DNA of 64,000 nt, from assembly GCA_043801595.1 (NCBI GenBank), contig JAZDLW010000022.1, positions 1-64,000 on the forward strand, given 5' to 3'. The notes under the pieces were generated by a model, which worked only from the letters and a program-made list of their open reading frames with translations, searched no databases and was not told the origin of the DNA. Below, in pieces: positions 56,388 through 64,000 of this stretch (its first letter is position 1; each line of letters starts with the position of its first letter). The translations under genes were made by a program, and so were the position numbers. The stretch comes from Candidatus Aenigmatarchaeota archaeon. GTDB lineage: Archaea; Aenigmatarchaeota; Aenigmatarchaeia; JACPZZ01.

Positions 56388-58456
56388 GCGTAATGGGCGA
56401 CAACTCTTTGGATAAGGACGAGCTGGCACGGATTGCGAAAGAATATGCGCCCAGAATTTTCGAGGATTATGAAAAGAGGCCCGAGGAATTCGTTTCACGT
56501 GACTATAAAGTATTCAAGAGCGAGGAAGCCAGCTCCAAAAAAAATCTTACGCCTTACGAATTACTTTGCAGCGTTGCTGAAAAAATAATCAAAGTGCAGC
56601 CTTCGAAAGGCTCTTCCGAAGACCTGACAAAATCAATAGAATTTTCCGGAATGCGGTGCACGCCGGCTGGCGTGTTGTCCGCAGCGTTCATATCAACTAT
56701 ACTCTTCATTTTTTTATCAGCAACCATCACGCTTATCGGATTAGTGCCGATACCACTCGGACTGACCATGGTAATTTTCTCAATGTTCGCAGGTTTTTAC
56801 ATCGTGCATTACCCCAAAAAGCGCGCCAAAGACCTGCGTGTACGCGCATCCGAGGAGATCGTTCTGTCAATAGTCTACATGGTAATATCCATGCGGATTG
56901 TCCCGAACCTTGAGAATGCGATAAAGTTCGTTGCGACCAATCTGGCAGGACCGTTGGCAATGGACTTCCGCAAGCTTCTATGGGACATATACATGAGAAA
57001 AGAGGAGAACACGGACAAGGCGCTCGGCAAATACATCGATATGAGATGGAAGAACGAGAACGAGGAATTTTCCTCCGCATTAAACCTTATACGCAATTCC
57101 GTTGACCAGCCTGAACAAAAGCGTCTCGCCATGCTCGACGAGTCTGTTGACGTAATATTGAAAGGGACAAAGGAAAGGATGAATCACTATGCACACAACT
57201 TGCAAATGCCATTGCTGATAATACACGCAATGGGAATAATGCTTCCGGTGATAGGGCTTGTTTTGTTCCCGGTTCTCGTGATGTTTTTATCAAATCTCAT
57301 CCAGCCGTATATGCTATTCCTGGGGTACGACGTTTTCCTTTTCCTCGGGCTGTGGTGGTATACGTCGAACGTTTTGTCGACAAAGCCGCCGACACTCTCA
57401 AAGCCTGATGTTTCTAAGCATCCGGATACGCCGAAGGCAGGATATTTCCGGCTAAGAATTTTCGGAAAAAAATTGAACGTAAGGACGGCTATACCTCCGT
57501 CAATACTTTTTGTAACACTGTTTGCCATAGGCGTTAACGGAATGACAAACAATGCGGCAACGTCGTTCATCAAGGTGATATATTCCGTTGTCATCATCGC
57601 GGCGTTTTCGCTTTCAATATCGTTTTACGCGTTTTTGGAATCTTTCCAGCGTACATACGTGCGGAAAAAAATAATGAGCGTCGAATCCGAGTTTGCGGAA
57701 GCTTTATTCCACCTTGGAAACCAATTGTCTTCCGGAATTCCGATAGAGAATGCTATTGATAAAAACCAGGAGAAGATACGCGACCTGAGTATATCAGATT
57801 TCTTCGAGCGCATTGTGCAAAACATCAAACGCATGGGCATGACGTTTGAGCAGGCGATTTTTGACAAGAACAACGGCGCTGTCTGGTATTACCCGTCGAG
57901 TCTGATCATATCGGTGATGAAAGTGATTGTCGAGGCTGTGCGAAAGGGCGTTTACAATGCATCGCAGTCAATGCTTTCGATATCAAGATACCTCAAGGAC
58001 GTGCATTCGATAGAAGAGGAGCTGCGTTCGGTATTGGGAGAAAGCACAACGAGCATGAAATTTTTAGGAGCGGTTCTTGCGCCGTTGGTAGCAGGCGTGA
58101 CAGTAACGCTGGCATTGGTAATGCTCGACATAATCAAGGCGCTCGGAGAGAAGATTGCGATATTAACATCGCAGGGTGGGGCGACAAGCCTTCCGTTATT
58201 CTTAACAATCGGAATGGACAAAGGTGCGGTTACTGCGGAAATATTCCAGCTTGTTGTCGGGATATACATGCTTGAGGTGGCAGGATTGTTATCGTATTTC
58301 GTAAGCAGGATCGAAACAGGGGAAGACAAGATCAACTTTTACAGTACGCTCGCGCTTAACATGTTCATATCGTTTGCCGTTTATTCCATAACAATCCTGA
58401 TAGTTTATTCGACGTTCGGAGCGCAGATACAGAGCGCGATAATTGGAGGGGTTTGA
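56384..58456 (+). CDS. TadC/FlaJ-like pilus membrane platform protein (two T2SSF-like repeats)
   Basis: YMVISMRIVPNLENAI and LGNQLSSGIPIENAI repeats with TM blocks; overlaps the ATPase stop. Confidence 0.85.
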   Translation: MSVMGDNSLDKDELARIAKEYAPRIFEDYEKRPEEFVSRDYKVFKSEEASSKKNLTPYELLCSVAEKIIKVQPSKGSSEDLTKSIEFSGMRCTPAGVLSAAFISTILFIFLSATITLIGLVPIPLGLTMVIFSMFAGFYIVHYPKKRAKDLRVRASEEIVLSIVYMVISMRIVPNLENAIKFVATNLAGPLAMDFRKLLWDIYMRKEENTDKALGKYIDMRWKNENEEFSSALNLIRNSVDQPEQKRLAMLDESVDVILKGTKERMNHYAHNLQMPLLIIHAMGIMLPVIGLVLFPVLVMFLSNLIQPYMLFLGYDVFLFLGLWWYTSNVLSTKPPTLSKPDVSKHPDTPKAGYFRLRIFGKKLNVRTAIPPSILFVTLFAIGVNGMTNNAATSFIKVIYSVVIIAAFSLSISFYAFLESFQRTYVRKKIMSVESEFAEALFHLGNQLSSGIPIENAIDKNQEKIRDLSISDFFERIVQNIKRMGMTFEQAIFDKNNGAVWYYPSSLIISVMKVIVEAVRKGVYNASQSMLSISRYLKDVHSIEEELRSVLGESTTSMKFLGAVLAPLVAGVTVTLALVMLDIIKALGEKIAILTSQGGATSLPLFLTIGMDKGAVTAEIFQLVVGIYMLEVAGLLSYFVSRIETGEDKINFYSTLALNMFISFAVYSITILIVYSTFGAQIQSAIIGGV

Positions 58457-58884
58457 TGCCGTCGGACAATGTTCGCTTCATGTTCTGGATCGCGATAGCT
58501 TTGATGTTCATGCTTGTGTTTTTCGGAATAGCAAACATACTGTTGCCCAGATTAATAATTTACAGTCAGCTGCCTGATACCGAGAGATCGCTTTATTCGG
58601 ACAGCGGCGACGAGGCTGCGCTGCGCATTGTGAACGGCGTATGCAATCTGTGGAATGCCAAAGTCAGCTTCGATTCAGGCTTCGAGAGCGTTGTCGACTA
58701 CAGAATAACATCCGGTTCAGCGGGAGAGACGCAGATCGGCGTTAAGTTCAGTTCAGTATGCCCGGAAATAGGCGACCACTGGAGATATGCGGGAGTTACG
58801 ATGAGTGCGGAGAACACGTACGAGGTCAGAATAACACTGGACAGCGGTACGTCGAAGATAATCATTAATGTGAAAAAGAAGTAG
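58456..58884 (+). CDS. Pilin-like protein with N-terminal TM helix
   Basis: Hydrophobic N-terminal helix followed by a small soluble domain; translationally coupled. Confidence 0.7.
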   Translation: MPSDNVRFMFWIAIALMFMLVFFGIANILLPRLIIYSQLPDTERSLYSDSGDEAALRIVNGVCNLWNAKVSFDSGFESVVDYRITSGSAGETQIGVKFSSVCPEIGDHWRYAGVTMSAENTYEVRITLDSGTSKIIINVKKK

Positions 58885-58891
58885 TGAATAT

Positions 58892-59116
58892 ATGATAACA
58901 GCGGAAAGCGCAAAGATAATGTTCATTGCGATAATCGCAATAGTCGTGCTGACTGTAGTATTGGTTGTCGCGGTCGCACTGCAGGCTGCAACGCCGAGCG
59001 CAAACGTGTCAACGTGCGACGTGATTGAGGGAAGCGGGGTTGTTGGAAAAGGTATCTGCTATCCGCTAAAGGCAGCGACATGGGTTTATTCAAAAACAAT
59101 AGGCGTGATAAAATGA
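58892..59116 (+). CDS. Small pilin-like protein
   Basis: N-terminal hydrophobic helix and a Cys pair. Confidence 0.65.
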   Translation: MITAESAKIMFIAIIAIVVLTVVLVVAVALQAATPSANVSTCDVIEGSGVVGKGICYPLKAATWVYSKTIGVIK

Positions 59117-59313
59117 ATAAAAAAGGCATGACAACGGCAATGCTCGTAATACTGGGAGCGGTCGTAGTATCATTGATGGTTCTTGGCGTATTCCTGCTAT
59201 TCTTTAACGAGGAATCGCAAACTGGCGGTTTTGCGGTTGTGTTTGCAAAAGGCATATGCGGTTTTCTAGCAAACGTAATAGGCGGTTTTGGCGCTGCGAT
59301 ATGCAACCTGTGA
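59113..59313 (+). CDS. Class III signal peptide pilin
   Basis: MNKKG|MTTAMLVILGAVV. Confidence 0.75.
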   Translation: MNKKGMTTAMLVILGAVVVSLMVLGVFLLFFNEESQTGGFAVVFAKGICGFLANVIGGFGAAICNL

Positions 59314-59347
59314 TGGTTTATAATCGTAAAAAATAATACTAAGAAGG

Positions 59348-60565
59348 ATGTATATGCGAAAAGGAATGTCGGCTGGTGCGCTGGCGCTGATGGGTGGGAT
59401 AGCGTTGCTGCTTCTCGTGTTGATTATCAATGCTGCGCTGGATCCGACGTCCGGTTTTCGCGACTTCCTGAAAAAAGTGCCGTGGTTAAATAAAATCGTC
59501 GCGCCAGGCTCTTCTGACGGGGATACGACGCCTGCGCCAATTCCCACAGACTCTTTCAAGGATTATCCGAGTTGGAGCTCGCTTTCAATATCTCCGACAG
59601 CACCGGCAATAAAATGGTCGTCTCCAACAGATTCCGCAGATGCATGCAAAGTTAAAATCGAATCATTGTTCGATCCTGTTAAAAATCCCAATTTCAACAG
59701 CTTCCGTGATATTTGTTTGTACGCGACTTCAGATTTTCTATCGGAACCGTTCGATCTTGGCACAAACTGCAAAGTGGAGGCGAGCACACTCGTAAGCTAC
59801 GTATCGTCTGTTTGCCGTTCGCAAGTCGGTGTGTTCGGCCTTGACCACAGAACATGGTTGCTTCCTACCAAAAATTGCGGGCAGACCCACAGGGACAAAT
59901 TCAATGACATAAGATTCAACTGTGGGCTGGACAACGTGTGTTCGGGAGTTGTGCGATTATACTACAACAAGGATGACAAAGGCGTAGGGATCTGCGACGG
60001 AAATTCCGATATTCCGGCAATAAAAGACGCTCCTACAGCCAAAACGACGATCATAAAATGGCTCGATGACAGGATAAAGGATTCGGAGCAAAGCGGTGCG
60101 GGATCCGAAATGTGCGATTCTTTCAGCGATTGCACAATGGTGATAAATATTCCTGAGCCAGGGATACCGATAAACGAGCTTACGACAGCGATAATAGAGA
60201 ATGTTAGGATTGACATGGGCGTTGACAACGCATTTGCTGACGGTGCGAAATATCTGGAGTATGGGAGCGGAAAACCTTCCTGCGGTTCTTGCTGGCTACC
60301 ATGGAATTTACCATGCTGCTTATCAGGAGGTTATGTCAGAGACGGCGTGGGACTAGATTTTTCTTTTTACGATCCTGCGCCTTACCAGTCAACAGGGCTG
60401 GCGGTCCCATGCGCAGTTCCAAAATCGGAAAATCTCGGCTATAACTGCGGTTCGAACAATGTGTGCACGGGTGATATCAGGGTAACATACGGCTGCTCGT
60501 TTGCAGGTTCCTGCGGTAAAGATAATAAACAGAGATTCATCGGCGTATGCGAAAAACCACCATAG
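59348..60565 (+). CDS. Cys-rich pilin-like adhesin with an internal repeat
   Basis: MRKG|MSAGAL; FNCGLDNVCSG..R..Y...GICD and YNCGSNNVCTG..R..Y...GVCE. Confidence 0.8.
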   Translation: MYMRKGMSAGALALMGGIALLLLVLIINAALDPTSGFRDFLKKVPWLNKIVAPGSSDGDTTPAPIPTDSFKDYPSWSSLSISPTAPAIKWSSPTDSADACKVKIESLFDPVKNPNFNSFRDICLYATSDFLSEPFDLGTNCKVEASTLVSYVSSVCRSQVGVFGLDHRTWLLPTKNCGQTHRDKFNDIRFNCGLDNVCSGVVRLYYNKDDKGVGICDGNSDIPAIKDAPTAKTTIIKWLDDRIKDSEQSGAGSEMCDSFSDCTMVINIPEPGIPINELTTAIIENVRIDMGVDNAFADGAKYLEYGSGKPSCGSCWLPWNLPCCLSGGYVRDGVGLDFSFYDPAPYQSTGLAVPCAVPKSENLGYNCGSNNVCTGDIRVTYGCSFAGSCGKDNKQRFIGVCEKPP

Positions 60566-60596
60566 GATTGTAGTCATGGACCACTAAAAGATATTT

Positions 60597-60917
60597 ATGA
60601 AAGCATTAACAGAGGCGACATTGGCTGTGCTGATAGGTTTTATCATTGCGCTGGTTTTCGCGTTCCTGATGCTAGGCTGGGTCGAAAACAGCGGCGACAA
60701 CATAGAACGCGAACGGAGCAAACTCGCGTCAACAGCAGGATGTCTGACAAAAGAAAACGCGTGCGGATTCGATGATAACAAAGCGTGCGTGTACACGCTT
60801 GACGGGCAAAATGCATGCGGCTGCCGCGCATGGTTAGGGATCGATAAAAACGGCGATTGCGCCGAAGGAAAGAAATGCAGTTCGGAAAGAGGGACGAATT
60901 ATGGTTTCTGTGTTTAA
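60597..60917 (+). CDS. Cys-rich pilin-like protein
   Basis: MKA|LTEATLAVLIG; eight Cys in the soluble domain. Confidence 0.75.
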   Translation: MKALTEATLAVLIGFIIALVFAFLMLGWVENSGDNIERERSKLASTAGCLTKENACGFDDNKACVYTLDGQNACGCRAWLGIDKNGDCAEGKKCSSERGTNYGFCV

Positions 60918-61092
60918 GGGTGAAAGCGATCAGGCGCTGATGATGGTTCTTGTAATTGTTGGTTTCGTTATCCTGCTCGGAATAGCAATAGCGCTGGTTG
61001 TTGTAATCGGAAGACCGAGCGCGATGAACGCTGTTCCGCTGATCGGAAACTCGCTTTGCGATCTTTTGAAAGGATTAAGGGTGAAATGCTGA
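60901..61092 (+). CDS. Small pilin-like protein
   Basis: FKG|ESDQALMMVLVIVG. Confidence 0.7.
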   Translation: MVSVFKGESDQALMMVLVIVGFVILLGIAIALVVVIGRPSAMNAVPLIGNSLCDLLKGLRVKC

Positions 61093-61425
61093 ATGCCGGA
61101 ACAGGGAATAGATCTTATGATGGTCGTCGTAGGTACGATCGTTTTGCTGGCGGTAATAATAGGATTGGTTTTTTTAGGCGTTATCGGGCCGATTGACAGC
61201 ACGAAAAAAGGAAGGAATATGGAGTTCGCTTGCACGCAATACCAAGGCGAGATAGGGTGTGCGAGAAGCGAATGCACGACCGCGTACGATTCTACTGCGT
61301 GCAGAATTTTGCTTGCAAATACAAAATACGGCGCAAATTCAATAAGCGTCTGGGAAACCTGCAATTCGATAGGAATAAACGATCCCAAAAACTGCCATAT
61401 AAGATGCTGCGGAAAGACGGGATGA
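61093..61425 (+). CDS. Cys-rich pilin-like protein
   Basis: N-terminal hydrophobic helix; CHIRCCG C-terminus. Confidence 0.7.
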   Translation: MPEQGIDLMMVVVGTIVLLAVIIGLVFLGVIGPIDSTKKGRNMEFACTQYQGEIGCARSECTTAYDSTACRILLANTKYGANSISVWETCNSIGINDPKNCHIRCCGKTG

Positions 61426-61432
61426 TTTTATT

Positions 61433-61777
61433 ATGCGCAAACAAAATAAGTTCATGAAAAAAGGAATGCTGGCAATAGATATGATTATCGTGCTTGCGAT
61501 AGGCGTAATAATCCTCGCGGTTGTTGTCGGACTTGTAATATTCGGCGGGCAGCAGCCGGGAAGCGATATTGCGAAGCAGGCGTTCGTGCGATCGTGCTGC
61601 CAGTTGAACATGCCGACCACATGTACGGCTGACTCTTCAACAATTAACTGTATAATTCCCAAAAGTCTTGAATCGTCGTTCGGTTGTACATCTTCACCGT
61701 GCTCTAGGAAGCTGGATTTTGTGGCAAGTGCGATAGGTATAACATCCAATGTAAAAGCGTTCTGCGGTTGCGGCTGA
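61433..61777 (+). CDS. Class III signal peptide pilin, Cys-rich
   Basis: MKKG|MLAIDMIIVLAIGVII; C-terminal FCGCG. Confidence 0.78.
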   Translation: MRKQNKFMKKGMLAIDMIIVLAIGVIILAVVVGLVIFGGQQPGSDIAKQAFVRSCCQLNMPTTCTADSSTINCIIPKSLESSFGCTSSPCSRKLDFVASAIGITSNVKAFCGCG

Positions 61778-61812
61778 AAAACATATTATTAAACAAAATA
61801 CAATTCTAGTTG

Positions 61813-64000
61813 ATGGACAGCAGAAAAGGACTGGGCCAAGATACGATATTTCTAATGGTCGGAATCCTGATACTGCTTATTACTGCGTTGGTTATCTACG
61901 CGCTAATAGGCGGGCCTTACTGCGATGACCTTGCCAAAAAAACCGCTAGCAACATAAAAGTCGCTGTCGATACTGTTGCAACAACAGGAACGTACACGAA
62001 AGACAGCCCGTACACGACGTATGCGATGTTATGCCAGAATAATGTGAAAAAACCCTTGACGCTTAACCCGGCAGATTATCGTACTTTTTCAGCGCCCGAA
62101 TACATGATCTACTGGGAGCATTTTCCAGAGTCTCCGAAAAATATAGCTGAGGGGTTGTACAAATTTGACGAAAGCTATCCGTTCAGCAAAAATATGGCTA
62201 TGATTCTTGGGACCAATGTCGCGTTATCATTTGTAAGCGGAACGCTTTCCTCCTTTGCAAAAACCGCCAAAGGAGCGACTTTGATCAAAGACATATCCAG
62301 CAAGATATCGAAATCCACGGCAGGCAAGGTGGTGGGGCTGTTTTTCAAGCCGTTTGTGATAGGCGGAAAAATCGCAACACTTCCGCTGAAATTAATAGAT
62401 TATGCTGCAACAATGGCGGCCAAAGGGATCGTCAAACCCATCGGGTTCATAGTAAAGGTTGCAATTACAAAAACCGGCGTAGGAGAAACCGCAATCGGAA
62501 AATGGATAGTTGCCAAGACAGCGCCAAACATATTCGGCCGTGTGGTGGGGCTGGGCTTCCTCGAATCAATGGGCGAAAGCGCGCTTATACAAATCACAGA
62601 GGCTTCGGAAGGAAAAACTGTCAGGATGATCCGGATCGTGGATCCGGCTGACTCTTCGAAAATGATCGAAAAAGCCATTGTGCCGGAGATCACAAGGGTT
62701 GAGTTCAAGACCACCATTGACAGTTTAGCCAGCAGCGGCGCAGAGGAGGACAGGATAATAGCGGAAAGATTCAGGGAATTTTTCGCGTACGACAACGACG
62801 AAATTGCAAGCGCGGAAAACTTTGAAAAATCGTTCCAAGAACTGGTGAAAGACTCCGAGAAATTCGACTCAGGTTTTTACGATCTGGTCGGCGGCGCGAT
62901 GAAAGCGGCCAGAGAATCTTTTGACAACACAGCCAAAGACATGGCAAGCCGATACGGTTTATATGCGCACAGACCGATAACGGTTTTCTTTGACCAGAGC
63001 GGCTTAACGAGGTTCTCCAATAAAGTAAATGCTATCGGTACTTTCAGAAAGATGAAGTTTTTCGGTGAAGACGGAAAACTTGTCGATGAAGTGTCAACGA
63101 GCATTAAAAAGTCGTTCTCCGATCTGAAGATAACGACAAAAATGGAAACCGAGGATGATTTTGCCGCAGCTACGGAAAAGTTTTTCGTAAAGGACGGCAA
63201 AATGATAGTGGCAAGCGCGGAAACGGATACGGCTATGCTGTCCTTCCTTGAGTCGGAAATAAAATACGGTGTGGATGGATCCGAAACCGGAATAACAAAA
63301 GGTGCGTATTCGAACCTGATGAATGGCGCAGCCAGCGAAGATGATATTGGGAGCATAGCATCGAGTTTCCATACAAATTATATATCTGAACTTAGAAGCG
63401 TCGGGATGTCTGAGGATGCTATAAATGCCGCGGAAGGCAAACTGTCAACGTCACAGTATTCCAAGACACTTGTGAGGGATATGGGGAGAGAGTTGAAGTC
63501 GGCAAAAGAATTTGCAGTTGACAATGACGAAGCGCTTGAAATTGCAATGTTGTCCGCATCTTGGAAACGCGAGCCGGAACAGCTTGCGCTGATGGCGCAG
63601 GACGAGTATGAAACAATATTGTGGGAAGGCAAGGGTACAATCAAATTCATAAAAACGAACATAGCGGCTTTTATGGTCGGTACGGAGACTGAGAATGAAT
63701 TAAAATATGCGTACCTGAAAGCGCCGAATGCGGGATGCGAGTCGAACACGGTCTGCTTAAACCAAAAAGGCGTGGAGCAGAAAAAAGTCGATGTTAAAGA
63801 ATCGGACATAAAAAATTACGAGACCGCGTATGTTGTTTCGAAAGATGTTATGGTAAGGCTGGAACGGCCCAAAGACGGTCACATCATATCACCTATAGGC
63901 GCCGGCATAGGTGCATTCAAATTAACGGTAGATCCGCGTTTCCATCTCGTTTCGCCGTGTCTTGCGGAGTTAAAGTTTTATGAGAGCGGCACTGACGCTG
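61813..64000 (+). CDS. Giant pilin-like protein (at least 729 aa, runs off the right edge)
   Basis: Not in ORF track. MDSRKG|LGQDTIFLMVGILILLITALVIYALIGG...; open to the window end by manual translation. Confidence 0.8.
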   Translation, partial: MDSRKGLGQDTIFLMVGILILLITALVIYALIGGPYCDDLAKKTASNIKVAVDTVATTGTYTKDSPYTTYAMLCQNNVKKPLTLNPADYRTFSAPEYMIYWEHFPESPKNIAEGLYKFDESYPFSKNMAMILGTNVALSFVSGTLSSFAKTAKGATLIKDISSKISKSTAGKVVGLFFKPFVIGGKIATLPLKLIDYAATMAAKGIVKPIGFIVKVAITKTGVGETAIGKWIVAKTAPNIFGRVVGLGFLESMGESALIQITEASEGKTVRMIRIVDPADSSKMIEKAIVPEITRVEFKTTIDSLASSGAEEDRIIAERFREFFAYDNDEIASAENFEKSFQELVKDSEKFDSGFYDLVGGAMKAARESFDNTAKDMASRYGLYAHRPITVFFDQSGLTRFSNKVNAIGTFRKMKFFGEDGKLVDEVSTSIKKSFSDLKITTKMETEDDFAAATEKFFVKDGKMIVASAETDTAMLSFLESEIKYGVDGSETGITKGAYSNLMNGAASEDDIGSIASSFHTNYISELRSVGMSEDAINAAEGKLSTSQYSKTLVRDMGRELKSAKEFAVDNDEALEIAMLSASWKREPEQLALMAQDEYETILWEGKGTIKFIKTNIAAFMVGTETENELKYAYLKAPNAGCESNTVCLNQKGVEQKKVDVKESDIKNYETAYVVSKDVMVRLERPKDGHIISPIGAGIGAFKLTVDPRFHLVSPCLAELKFYESGTDA

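Noticed and set aside
54114..58456. Archaellum operon
   Set aside because: No archaellin, FlaH or FlaF/G genes are recognisable.
62400..63809. Minus-strand ORFs near the right edge, and similar antisense ORFs throughout the window
   Set aside because: They are shadows of longer, motif-bearing genes on the opposite strand.

Overview
Gene-dense archaeal chromosomal segment. TFB, histone, aIF5A, archaeal CCA enzyme, aTrm56, Dph5, AglB and a BHB-intron tRNA establish Archaea; the many lineage-specific hypotheticals suggest DPANN, possibly Aenigmarchaeota (inference). Left to right: (1) a surface-glycosylation locus with an AglB split into two ORFs, a GT4-remnant/methyltransferase fusion, a Trm112-like protein, an HTH-CBS regulator and a bacterial-type metK; (2) an orphan DGR-target-like C-type-lectin protein, then nth, lhr, ychF and NAD kinase; (3) an uncharacterised cluster at 19-27.7 kb ending in a large metallo-TIM-barrel protein and a pair of nucleotidyltransferase-HEPN fusions, with a second such pair at 46-48 kb; (4) housekeeping and tRNA-maturation genes, a two-intron tRNA-Gln(UUG), a PyrE-PyrF fusion, thrS and ftsZ; (5) five tandem paralogous membrane proteins followed by a type IV pilus-like operon (ATPase, TadC-like platform, about nine pilin-like genes, the last a giant pilin with a putative membrane-inserting region). 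Intergenic spaces carry about 15 copies of a roughly 50-nt CA...TG double-hairpin element that nests inside itself and inside a second short hairpin repeat. All calls come from motif reading by eye; no searches were run.
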